NCBI GenBank assembly: GCA_016840035.1 | Contig: JAEOTC010000182.1 | Span: 1-60,155, forward strand | Reading direction: 5' to 3' | Length of the DNA: 60,155 nt | Source of the DNA: Candidatus Hodarchaeota archaeon | Lineage (GTDB): Archaea > Asgardarchaeota > Heimdallarchaeia > Hodarchaeales > Hodarchaeaceae | In this document: positions 38,171 through 47,467 of the stretch, piece by piece | Layout of the letters: the number at the start of each line of letters is the position of its first letter | Numbering within the stretch: the first letter of the stretch is position 1 | Made by a program: the position numbers and the translations under genes | The notes under the pieces: model-generated | The model's input: only the letters and a program-made list of their open reading frames with translations | Database searches by the model: none | Told to the model about the DNA's origin: nothing

Positions 38171-38441
38171 GGTATCACGAGAAGTGAGAAATCTTAGTTC
38201 TGAATACTTTCATTAGTTCTTATAGCATTGGAAGAATGCAATTTAGTGCTTACACAATTGAATAATGTTCTTTATACATTAAAAAGTGTTTCTAAACAGG
38301 AGAAAAGTAGAATCATACTTAGTGAGGACTTTAACTAGTCTTTCTGATGAGTTCGACCTTGAGGGCAACCTTTTAGGTAAAGCTATGAAAATGGTAATTT
38401 ACTCGCTATAGGAGTAGTTACTAAGCAAGGATTCTCAGTCT

Positions 38442-39203
38442 ATGCCATACTTTACGCGCGATGGTTATCAAGTGTTTTATGAGGAAGTGGGTGAGGGACC
38501 CCCCGTTGTATTTATTCACGGATACTTAGGAAGTTCACGATCCCATTGGGGAAAACAACTTGATGATCCTAAGTTAAATTCAAAATATAACCTTATTGCA
38601 CCAGATTTAAGAGGCTTTGCGAAGTCAAGCTTGGGAAAATTTGTTGAAAAAAATAAAACAACTGATCTCCTTTTAGATATTGATTATCTACTAAATGAGG
38701 TTCTCAAACTTAAGATGAAACCAGTTTTAATTGGTTATTCTGTTGGGGCAGCATTGTGTATGGAACATTGTCTTGAAAATCCTGAGAACGTAAGCGGATT
38801 AGTATTGCTTGGTCCTCGTCCATTTCTTCACAAAACAACTCGATCGTGGAACTTTTTAGCTAAAGAAAAACGGACTGAGGAAAAAAAGAAAAGCGCAAGC
38901 TCCTTTACTTGGTCAATTGTGAAACGATTTCAGAAAGCCTTTACTTACTTAGCAACGGTGATCCAAAAAAGGCGAAATAAAGACTATTTACAACAACTAG
39001 AGGAGCTTAAAGTACCCATCCTAATGATCTATAGCTTGAAGGATACGGTAACCCCTCGTCTAGTTTTTGATACAATGAAAGAATATTTTCCTGATCATGC
39101 TCAGTATTATGTGTATGATGGGGATCATGGATTTGCTAATGAGTATACAGAAGAGTTTAATGACTTATTACTGGAATTTCTAAGTAAAATTGAGGATTAT
39201 TGA
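38442..39203 (+). CDS. Alpha/beta hydrolase
   Basis: FIHGY, APDLRGF, GYSVG nucleophile elbow, KDTV and GDHG. Confidence 0.9.
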   Translation: MPYFTRDGYQVFYEEVGEGPPVVFIHGYLGSSRSHWGKQLDDPKLNSKYNLIAPDLRGFAKSSLGKFVEKNKTTDLLLDIDYLLNEVLKLKMKPVLIGYSVGAALCMEHCLENPENVSGLVLLGPRPFLHKTTRSWNFLAKEKRTEEKKKSASSFTWSIVKRFQKAFTYLATVIQKRRNKDYLQQLEELKVPILMIYSLKDTVTPRLVFDTMKEYFPDHAQYYVYDGDHGFANEYTEEFNDLLLEFLSKIEDY

Positions 39204-39348
39204 GAAAACTAAGAATGGAGTTCTCTAATTCTTCCTGATTGATTTCATCTATTCATTCAACAACTTGGTACGTTTTCTCTCTTCATAGCAGTTTTTACAT
39301 TGTTTTTCATGAGAACAAAACGTAAGGATCTAGGGTAGTTAATCTATC

Positions 39349-40167
39349 CTAGATTAATTCTTTTTCTTGTAAAGTTTCCAATAACAACCAGGGATCATCT
39401 GTGAAGATACCATCTATTTTAATATTAATTAACCATTCCATCGAAGGGCGATCATTAATAGTCCAAACATGAACAGCGATGTTTCTATTATGAGCATCTT
39501 TAACAAAATTCCGAGTTACTACTCTTCTCCCGTTATAATGAATAGGAACTTGAAGAGCAAAGTATTTCGGTATAATAAATTTGTTGATTCGGATTTTATG
39601 ACGAATTAAGAAATTCTTTACTTCCTTAGGAGACGCAGCAGTTGGAACATTAGGGAGGAGTTTTCTTAATCGGGTGATTTGGTCATGATGGAAAGACCCA
39701 ACAAGGATACTATCTTCTCGTTGGAATTCTTGAATTAATTCTGTTAACAAATGTGGAGCTTTGGGGTCCTCATTCTTAATATCTAAATTAAATTTCATGT
39801 CTGGAAACAATTGAAATGCTTGACGGAGGGTTACTACACGCCAATTTTTTGCCCGGGCTGGGAATGTTTTACCTTGATCCAACGTAAAACGATAACCGAG
39901 ATCCACCTCTTCCAGAAGTTGGTCAAGAGTGTAATCAATTATCCGACCTGAAACATTAGTGGTACGATCTAATGTCTCATCATGGAATAAAATTAATTCG
40001 TGATCTTTTGTCATTCTAATATCAGTTTCAATATAATCAATCTCTAGGAGGCTAGCGTTTTTTAATGCCAATAAAGAATTTTCTGGAGAGACAGTTTGGT
40101 CACCACGATGTGCCATAACAAGGGGTCGAGTTGGGGAACGAAATGGATTAAAATCTGAAGTGACCAT
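39349..40167 (-). CDS. Glycerophosphodiester phosphodiesterase (GDPD)
   Basis: MAHRG, PENS, IETDIRMTKD, FHDETLDRTT, VWTIND and GIFTDDP. Confidence 0.95.
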   Translation of the reverse strand: MVTSDFNPFRSPTRPLVMAHRGDQTVSPENSLLALKNASLLEIDYIETDIRMTKDHELILFHDETLDRTTNVSGRIIDYTLDQLLEEVDLGYRFTLDQGKTFPARAKNWRVVTLRQAFQLFPDMKFNLDIKNEDPKAPHLLTELIQEFQREDSILVGSFHHDQITRLRKLLPNVPTAASPKEVKNFLIRHKIRINKFIIPKYFALQVPIHYNGRRVVTRNFVKDAHNRNIAVHVWTINDRPSMEWLINIKIDGIFTDDPWLLLETLQEKELI

Positions 40168-40210
40168 ATCTAAAAGTTAATGTACTCCCCTTTAAAATCT
40201 GACTAAATTA

Positions 40211-41365
40211 CTAACGAGTAGTGCTAAGAAGAGTTTGATAATGTTCTAGTTCATTCTTAAATGCAGCTTCACTCGTTTTTTTAAGTTCCATTCGATCGGA
40301 ATCTGAAAGTTTCAAAAACATCTCTTCCTCATACGTATTCCAGTTTGGAAAATCTATATTCTTTAATCCAGAAACTTCCTCATGGCTCCACCAGATTGCA
40401 TTCAAATTTTTGATCTTTGATGCAGCCTGATAGTAATCAAGAGTCGAATCAGGAAAGTAGATCGGTTTGTAAAAACTTTTACATGGTTGGGGTGTCCCAG
40501 TCATCCAATGAATGTCGTTTCCTGAGGTAGAAAGCTGCGAAACCATCGATGCAGTGCTTCTAAAACCACCATGCATGCAGATTCCTGATTCACAGTTCCT
40601 AAGTAAACGCATCATGGTGAGTGGGGTTATCTTCCCACGTTCTTTACGCATCGAGTCACGTCCGATCCCTTCACGGGAATAGGAACTAGGTTCTCTCCAG
40701 TGTAATCCAAAAGTCTTAGCAAAATCAAATTCGTCTGAGGCATTATATAGGTCTTTTTGAAGAGCATAATCTTTGATTCCTTCCGCAGCTAGATCAAAGT
40801 CTTTCCGAATAGACAAGCTATTTGATATATTTCTTGTGTGTTCTTTTACTCGTTCAGCTACCCACCATCTACCTGCTGTTTCCAAAACCCAAGCTTCGGA
40901 TCGATCTGCAATTAGAAACGAATTATGATAATCGAGTGAGGAATCATTTTCCCCACAGGCCCCGCCTTGCCCATATCTTTCTAATAATTCAACGATGGTT
41001 TCCTGCGCATTGATTGCGCTGGTAGATCTTTCTAATGCGAGACGAAGAAGATCCATACCTAATAATGCAGGTGATCCTAAAGGTTCACGTGTCCAAACAG
41101 CTTCGTTACCAATAACTACACCACACTCATTTGCACCCATCTCTGCCCCAAACATCCAAAGTGGTTGGGAGAGTAATACAGCATATGTTGATTCAGCTTG
41201 TGGAATCTTTATGTAAGTACACTGAACTTCTGATTCATTAGTTTGCTTTTGCGATGGATAAAACATGATATTTTGGATTTCAGAATAAGGACGATCACTA
41301 TTTTTCCCAAAAATTATATTTCCAGCAGAGGTTGCTTCAGATAACGCGATAAATGTATCACACAT
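40211..41365 (-). CDS. Peptidase C69 / secernin-like Ntn hydrolase
   Basis: N-terminal MCDT, FGKNSDR, GAEMGANECGVVIGNEAV, LLGMDLLRLALER and NSFLIAD. Confidence 0.9.
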   Translation of the reverse strand: MCDTFIALSEATSAGNIIFGKNSDRPYSEIQNIMFYPSQKQTNESEVQCTYIKIPQAESTYAVLLSQPLWMFGAEMGANECGVVIGNEAVWTREPLGSPALLGMDLLRLALERSTSAINAQETIVELLERYGQGGACGENDSSLDYHNSFLIADRSEAWVLETAGRWWVAERVKEHTRNISNSLSIRKDFDLAAEGIKDYALQKDLYNASDEFDFAKTFGLHWREPSSYSREGIGRDSMRKERGKITPLTMMRLLRNCESGICMHGGFRSTASMVSQLSTSGNDIHWMTGTPQPCKSFYKPIYFPDSTLDYYQAASKIKNLNAIWWSHEEVSGLKNIDFPNWNTYEEEMFLKLSDSDRMELKKTSEAAFKNELEHYQTLLSTTR

Positions 41366-41414
41366 TCGACATCAATTATATTGTCGTGATAGTATTGAAG
41401 AAGGTTTTCCTTGA

Positions 41415-42737
41415 TTAGTCACTGTTGTTGTTTTCACGATTGACTGCCAGAGATTCTGCTGATAATTGCTCTACCTGAGAAAATGGTGTAAATAACCAGG
41501 CATATATTAAAAGAAGTGTACCTCCGACCGCAAATACTCCAAGAATTAATACTAATCCAAATAATTCAGCTAAGAATCCACCTAGAAGAATACCTACTGG
41601 AGCTGAAATCTGTGCAATTGTTCGACGTACAGAGTAGACTCTTCCTAATATATCTTTTGGTACAACCTTCGCCCAGATAGTTTCACTCGATACATTTGCC
41701 AATGGAAGAACAAATCCTGTAATAAGCAATCCTAAACCCAATACATAGAAATTGCTTATAGGAGAGAGAACCATTACGTAAATTCCAATATAACCTGTAA
41801 ATAAACCTACTGCTACCCCCTTGGCATTATTGTGAAACCCTTTCCATGAACTCATCAATAACGAACCAAGTAACATTCCAATTTGTTGCATAGCTAGAAC
41901 AAATGCCAGATTATCTTCATTTCCCTGATGGACTTCTGAAACCAGAACTGGTATTTGAGAAAAAATAGGGCCTAAGAAGAAATTTACTCCTGTAAAAACT
42001 GCGAGTAGTGCTAATAAACCATTTGTAGATCTAATAAAAGAGATTCCCTCGTTGAATTCCTCTTTGAAAGATGATTTCTCTCTATCTGCTGGTTTTTCTC
42101 GTTTCACTCTTGGTATGGAAACAAGAAATGTTGGAATTATTGCTATTAGGAAAGTTATTACGTCTAACCAAAAAAGATCACGTATTGAAACATAATTTAG
42201 GGCAAAAGCACCAATGACTGGACCAATTATCTGAATACCACCATTTACGAGAAAATTGATTCCATTTACTCTACTGAGATGGTTTTGAGGAACCATGATT
42301 GGTAAAAGTGTATCAACTGCTGCTGTATGAAATGCTCCAAAGATTCCCGAAATAATGCTCATCCCAAAAATAATTGCGACAAGTTCATCATCAGAAAAAA
42401 TCAAGTTAAAATTAATCTCTGGAATGGAAATTCCCGCAAATGCTCCAATTAAAACAATAGTAAGAAGAGCTTGAACAAAATCTACGAAAATTATAATTTT
42501 TTTCCGATCCCAACGGTCTACAAACACACCAGATATCGGAGTTACAAGAATGAATGGTGCAAAAGCAAAAAAAGCAGCTAGAGCAAGAATGAATGGACTT
42601 CCTGTCTTCACAGTTAAATACCAAATTATACCAAACCGTACGATATTGGAGCCAAGAATCGAGACCCATTGCCCAGAAAGAAAAAAGAAGTAGCTTTTCA
42701 AGTATTCTACAGAATTCGATTTAGTAGTAGTTTCCAA
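41415..42737 (-). CDS. MFS transporter (DHA3/macrolide-efflux type)
   Basis: GQWVSILGS, GVFVDRWDRKKII and LGRVYS; 12 TM segments. Confidence 0.9.
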   Translation of the reverse strand: METTTKSNSVEYLKSYFFFLSGQWVSILGSNIVRFGIIWYLTVKTGSPFILALAAFFAFAPFILVTPISGVFVDRWDRKKIIIFVDFVQALLTIVLIGAFAGISIPEINFNLIFSDDELVAIIFGMSIISGIFGAFHTAAVDTLLPIMVPQNHLSRVNGINFLVNGGIQIIGPVIGAFALNYVSIRDLFWLDVITFLIAIIPTFLVSIPRVKREKPADREKSSFKEEFNEGISFIRSTNGLLALLAVFTGVNFFLGPIFSQIPVLVSEVHQGNEDNLAFVLAMQQIGMLLGSLLMSSWKGFHNNAKGVAVGLFTGYIGIYVMVLSPISNFYVLGLGLLITGFVLPLANVSSETIWAKVVPKDILGRVYSVRRTIAQISAPVGILLGGFLAELFGLVLILGVFAVGGTLLLIYAWLFTPFSQVEQLSAESLAVNRENNNSD

Positions 42738-42927
42738 AATGCTTCCTCACTTTCGTTGTATTAAGATTGATCCAAAATGAATCAATATGGTTCTAAATTT
42801 AGTCTTCTTACGAAGGTAGGTTATTTGCTGACTGTATATATAAGTAATAGATGATAGGGGCAAAATTTCTGTCAAAGATAGGTTAAAAAAGAAAACTATG
42901 ATTCTAACATTGAAAGGTGAGTAATCA

Positions 42928-43824
42928 TTGACATTTTCCGTAGTAGCTTTTGATGCAAATACTGGGGAGCTAGGGGTAGCTGTACAAAGTAAATTTATCT
43001 GTGTAGGAGCCATCGTTCCATGGGCAAAAGTAGAAATAGGAGCTATTGCAACTCAAGCAATGGCAAACGTTTCTTACGGACCGAATGGATTAAAGTTGTT
43101 AGCTCAGGGATTAGGAGCTAAAGACGTTCTACAAAAATTGATCAGTGAAGATGAAGAAAAAGAACATCGTCAATTAGCAGTTATAGATACAAAAGGGGGA
43201 GTAGCAGCTCACACTGGTAAGGAGTGTTTTGAATGGGCGGGTCATATCGTCGGTGATTCTTATAGCGTCCAGGGAAACATTCTAATAAGCGAAGACACCG
43301 TTGAAACGATGTCAAAAGCCTACGAAACAGCCAAAGGAGATATTTCGAATAAATTATTGGCAAGTCTTAGTGCTGGTGGACAAGAAGGAATGGGTGATCG
43401 TCGTGGGAAACAATCAGCTTCGCTCCTTGTTGTGCGAGAAGGGGGCAGTTATGGTGGATATACAGACCGTTTAGTTGATATCCGGGTAGACGAACACACG
43501 GAACCAATTAAAGAATTACGACGGATTTTTGACCTTTATGATATGATTTTTCTTACACGAGAAGCACCAGAGAATCTCCTTCAAATTGATGGTGACGTTG
43601 AGACTAATATCAGATCAATTTTAATGGATCTAGGTTATCTAGAAGACTCTTCCAGTAGTGGTTGGGGTAAAAATGAGCAGAACGCCTTAGAAGCGTGGTT
43701 TGGGATTAATAATTTTGAGAATAAATGGAATTCAGAAACAAAAATCTGGAAATCTGTATATGATTTTATGATAACAGAAAAAGGGACTCCAGCCATTTCA
43801 CTGAGAAAAATGTCAGAATTATAA
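42928..43824 (+). CDS. DUF1028 family protein (Ntn-hydrolase-like)
   Basis: MTFSVVA...GELGVAVQSK, GAIATQA, QGNIL, GDRRGKQSA and DIRVDEH..PI.EL. Confidence 0.9.
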   Translation: MTFSVVAFDANTGELGVAVQSKFICVGAIVPWAKVEIGAIATQAMANVSYGPNGLKLLAQGLGAKDVLQKLISEDEEKEHRQLAVIDTKGGVAAHTGKECFEWAGHIVGDSYSVQGNILISEDTVETMSKAYETAKGDISNKLLASLSAGGQEGMGDRRGKQSASLLVVREGGSYGGYTDRLVDIRVDEHTEPIKELRRIFDLYDMIFLTREAPENLLQIDGDVETNIRSILMDLGYLEDSSSSGWGKNEQNALEAWFGINNFENKWNSETKIWKSVYDFMITEKGTPAISLRKMSEL

Positions 43825-43855
43825 ACCGTGGTAATTCCTTAAATCTATCAAGCTG

Positions 43856-44761
43856 TTACGTGATAATTCGTCCACTTTTGGATGTTACTAAAACAGTGTG
43901 TTCTGCTTGACTTACTAATCCGCCCGTTTTCTCAATAAGTGGTCTATATCCATGAAATTTATCCTCAGCTAACACTACTCCTAGATCTGATGGGAATTTA
44001 ACTTTTTCTTTTTGTAAATACCGAGCTGCACTACGGAGAGAAAAAGGTACCTTGCCAAATCGGTTTATTAGATGTTTTCCTACTTGAGATTTGGGATTTC
44101 CCCTTGCAGAGAAGATTAATGGGGGCCTTGGCGCATCTTCTACATAGCCTGAGTTAAGACCTTTCCCGTTGGTGGCAAAGGGTTCTATTGCTAAGATCAT
44201 ACCAGGTTTAAGCTTGGCCCGTTTAGCAAATGGCATTGATTTTACACTAGGTATAGAAAGGCCCGCGTGTAAGCGTCCTTTAGCGAGTTCGTGTCCAGTT
44301 AAATTGGCAATGGGTTTAAATCCAAAGGATTCGATAGTTTCCTGTATCGCGATTCCAATCTCATTAACTCGTAACCCAGGTTTAATTATCTCTGTGGCCG
44401 CGTTTAAAGCCTCTTTTGATGCTTTGATTAAACGGGAATGTTTTCCATCCAAAGTAAAGGTACGGGCAGTATCAGATAGCATTCCATTAACGTTTGCGCC
44501 AATATCTATCTTGACAAGAGATTTTTTGGCAAAAATCCTTTTTTCATTAATTGCTGCAGAATCATGAGCAGCGCAATCATCCACTGAAATGTTGGGAGGA
44601 AACGCAAGATCCGCTTTTTTGGTAATCATTGATTCTATCAAGTCATAGAGCTTCGCTATTTCTAGACCTGGTTGGATTACCTTTTCAATTTGATCTAATG
44701 TCAGATGAGCAATTTTTCCCGCTAATTGTAAATCGTGTAACTCAGATTTGGACCAAGACAT
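43856..44761 (-). CDS. map: Methionine aminopeptidase type II
   Basis: AFPPN, AAH, KIDIG...DTART, LTGH, LHAG, AIEPF and QAEHT, with the type II helical insertion. Confidence 0.9.
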   Translation of the reverse strand: MSWSKSELHDLQLAGKIAHLTLDQIEKVIQPGLEIAKLYDLIESMITKKADLAFPPNISVDDCAAHDSAAINEKRIFAKKSLVKIDIGANVNGMLSDTARTFTLDGKHSRLIKASKEALNAATEIIKPGLRVNEIGIAIQETIESFGFKPIANLTGHELAKGRLHAGLSIPSVKSMPFAKRAKLKPGMILAIEPFATNGKGLNSGYVEDAPRPPLIFSARGNPKSQVGKHLINRFGKVPFSLRSAARYLQKEKVKFPSDLGVVLAEDKFHGYRPLIEKTGGLVSQAEHTVLVTSKSGRIIT

Positions 44762-44888
44762 AATATTTACACCAGATCTAGATATATAAGCCTTTTTATG
44801 ATACCATTCAAATTTTCTATGTTCTGATTTAGGATATTCATTGGAAATTACGTATATGTAGTGTGAAAAATCTTACAAAAAAGCCTAA

Positions 44889-45548
44889 TTATCGAGATCG
44901 ATAACGTTTGATAATTTGTAAACCTAGAATCCATATAATTGTAGTAAAAAATGCATAACCTGAAGTAATCATGGGAGGAAATGTTGTAGTTGTAGTGGGC
45001 TGTAATATACTTGATGAAGTTGTTGTAGTAGTGGTAACATTACTAGTTTCAAATTCGGAGATTATCCATTCAAGAATTGCAGAATAACTTTGAACTCCCT
45101 CTTTACGATTTTCCAAAGTTCCTGAATATCCAATGAACCCTAATGTTGGAATAGAAGTGATTGAGAGGTTTTTAGAAATTTCTCGTTGTATATCACGACC
45201 TACAGTCCAACTCATGTTGTTATTAGCTTTAAACTCAGATAAAGTACTAATAGAGTCACTAGGATCAACAGAAATTGAAATGATAGTGATATTAGAAAAT
45301 AGATCATGAATTTTGTTTAATTCAATCTCTTGGATAACACAAGGTTGACACCAAGTAGCAAAGAAGTCTAAAATTATTGGTTCTCCTTCATAGTCAGATA
45401 ACATAACATTTGTTGAGTTCAATAGTTGGAATTCAAAATTTAGTGCTGGATCAAAAGATGTACAAGCAATACTCCGTGAACTATATGAAATCTCCATCGT
45501 CAATCCTACTAAGAGAGAAAGAACGAGGAATAAACTAGTTTTCTTCAA
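44889..45548 (-). CDS. Surface-anchored TlpA/ResA-like thiol-disulfide oxidoreductase
   Basis: Signal peptide, DFFATWCQPC, ISVD, IPT, a Thr-rich linker and a C-terminal TM followed by KRYRSR. Confidence 0.88.
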   Translation of the reverse strand: MKKTSLFLVLSLLVGLTMEISYSSRSIACTSFDPALNFEFQLLNSTNVMLSDYEGEPIILDFFATWCQPCVIQEIELNKIHDLFSNITIISISVDPSDSISTLSEFKANNNMSWTVGRDIQREISKNLSITSIPTLGFIGYSGTLENRKEGVQSYSAILEWIISEFETSNVTTTTTTSSSILQPTTTTTFPPMITSGYAFFTTIIWILGLQIIKRYRSR

Positions 45549-45717
45549 ATTGTTGAACCGTAAACACCTTTGTGAAAGGATTACTAATCCTTTATTATTT
45601 TCAAAAGAGATACTCTCACTTTGGAACCTTTAAGGTAAACTTGATAGAAAACTTTATACTAAGGAGTATTAGACTGCCCTTTCACATTTATACAAATAAT
45701 ATTAAGAATGTGCATAA

Positions 45718-47160
45718 ATGACGGATGAAAATTCCTCTTCTTCTGTGATAGAGAAATCAAAACAACATACCACACCATTCATTCCATTAGAATTGATTTT
45801 ACCAATTACAGCTATTGGAACATTTATGTCTGCAATGGATGGTTCCATAGTTAATGTTTCACTAGTTACCGTTGCGGAAAAACTAGGTACAGATATGGAT
45901 GGAATTCGTTTAATAGTTATTGTGTATTTATTAGTCATTTCATGCTTTATCGGAATCGCAGGAATGCTGGGAGATAATTATGGGCGAAAAAAAATATTTC
46001 AATTAGGGATGGGATTATTCGTAATTGGATCTTTACTTTGCGCGGGATCGAGTTCATTAGAGATGTTGGTAGTATCTAGGGCCATACAAGCAATCGGTGG
46101 GGCCGGTTTAACTGCTAATGGGCTTGCATTGATAATAACGTATGTTGATCCAAAAATTCGGGGACGGGCAATCGGCTTAAATTCTTTAGTTGTTGCTTCA
46201 GCGTTATCGACTGGTCCTGTGTTGGGAGGTTTTCTATCACAATATATTGGATGGGAGAGTATTTTTCTGATTAATCTACCGATAGGGTTGATGGGACTTT
46301 TTCTAGTTGACCGTCAAATCCCAGAAACACCTCGTAAACAGGATATAAAAATAGATTATCTAGGTATGCTAGTATTTATACTGACTGCTTTCTCTTTTGT
46401 TGGTGGAGTACTACTAGTCTTCAAGGATAGTCTCATCGGTGGATTCTTAATAATTTTAGCTATAATTCTTGCAATTATATTCGTTTCATGGGAAGTACGA
46501 AATCCTAAACCCATGATTTCCGTAAAAATTATGAGAGATAGAACGATCTTAACAGGAGTTATTTCCTCTTTTCTTTGTTATATGGTCTACTATGGTATGG
46601 TTTTCCTTTTACCTTTCTTTTATCAAGAAGTCTTAGATTTTTCACAATCTCGAACTGGACTTTTCATGATTGTACCGCCAGTAGCAATGGCATTGATGGG
46701 GCCTATCGCAGGCCTATTTGCTGAAAAAGTAGATATACGAAAATTGGCCTCATTTGGAGCATTGATGCTTAGCATTTTTGTTTGTCTTCTTGCCTTAACA
46801 CTTGAAATACATTTAATTGTCATCGTTTCATTTGTAGCGTTATCAGCAGGAGCTTTAACTACATTTACAGTATCCAATGGAACCTCGGTTATGAATGCAG
46901 CCCCTAAAAAGGATGTGAGCGTTGTTTCAGGCCTGATAGGATTATCTCGCAACATCGGGTTTACTCTTGGAACAACCCTAACATCGGCTTTCTTTAGCTA
47001 TTTTTACTTGTATAATAATCCAAATGAAATAACCACAGGTTCAATTTTTACTTCAAGTTATTACCAAAGTCTAGAATCCACATATTTGATTTTTGCTTTT
47101 CTAGCGTTGGTTGGAGCTGGAATTTCACTCCTAAGAAGGTCTCATGAAGTAAAAGAATAG
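45718..47160 (+). CDS. MFS transporter (DHA2/EmrB-QacA type, 14 TM)
   Basis: MDGSIVNVSL, LGDNYGRKK, RAIQAIG and GPVLGG...WESIFLINLPIG. Confidence 0.92.
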   Translation: MTDENSSSSVIEKSKQHTTPFIPLELILPITAIGTFMSAMDGSIVNVSLVTVAEKLGTDMDGIRLIVIVYLLVISCFIGIAGMLGDNYGRKKIFQLGMGLFVIGSLLCAGSSSLEMLVVSRAIQAIGGAGLTANGLALIITYVDPKIRGRAIGLNSLVVASALSTGPVLGGFLSQYIGWESIFLINLPIGLMGLFLVDRQIPETPRKQDIKIDYLGMLVFILTAFSFVGGVLLVFKDSLIGGFLIILAIILAIIFVSWEVRNPKPMISVKIMRDRTILTGVISSFLCYMVYYGMVFLLPFFYQEVLDFSQSRTGLFMIVPPVAMALMGPIAGLFAEKVDIRKLASFGALMLSIFVCLLALTLEIHLIVIVSFVALSAGALTTFTVSNGTSVMNAAPKKDVSVVSGLIGLSRNIGFTLGTTLTSAFFSYFYLYNNPNEITTGSIFTSSYYQSLESTYLIFAFLALVGAGISLLRRSHEVKE

Positions 47161-47258
47161 AACAGATCAGATTAATATATATCAGAATGATTTTACTATT
47201 AAATACAACCCTTTTTATATAAAGACCAGTATGAATCAAATACTGAAAAGGTGTAATA

Positions 47259-47396
47259 ATGATGACTTGCCCCCACTTTGATTCAGATAATGATATGTGT
47301 AAGGAACTAGGTCAAAAATTCTATACAGGAATGCAAAAGCCTTGTCTGGACTTAGATGATCCAGCTCAGTGTCAGATCCTTCTAATGCGCGGATAA
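47259..47396 (+). CDS. Small Cys4 protein (45 aa, below ORF-track cutoff)
   Basis: MMTCPHFDSDNDMCKELGQKFYTGMQKPCLDLDDPAQCQILLMRG. Preceded by an AAGGTG SD-like motif and followed by a T-tract. Confidence 0.65.
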   Translation: MMTCPHFDSDNDMCKELGQKFYTGMQKPCLDLDDPAQCQILLMRG

Positions 47397-47467
47397 GACT
47401 ACCCTGTTCTTTTTTCTTCGAGAATATTTGTATCTATATAGCTTATGATCCATATAATCATTGGACA

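Noticed and set aside
38344-38390. CTGATGAG...GAAA resembling a hammerhead ribozyme core or a C/D-box sRNA
   Set aside because: No stem II pairing closes between CTGATGA and GAAA, no stem I/III with a cleavage triplet is found, and the box C/D spacing is not convincing.
38286-38411. Possible 41-aa GTG-started ORF (VFLNRRKVESYLVRTL...) between the OLD nuclease and the hydrolase
   Set aside because: No SD, no recognisable motif, and it occupies the divergent promoter region. Its length is compatible with chance.
39249-39329. Minus-strand frame encoding FCSHEKQCKNCYEERKR, which looks like a zinc-binding motif
   Set aside because: Bounded by stop codons with no start codon upstream of the cysteines; only 26 codons.
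44980-45045. Short GTA/GTT-type trinucleotide repeats (also near 35760-35860)
   Set aside because: They encode Thr/Ser-rich linkers of surface proteins and are not CRISPR or DNA-level repeats.
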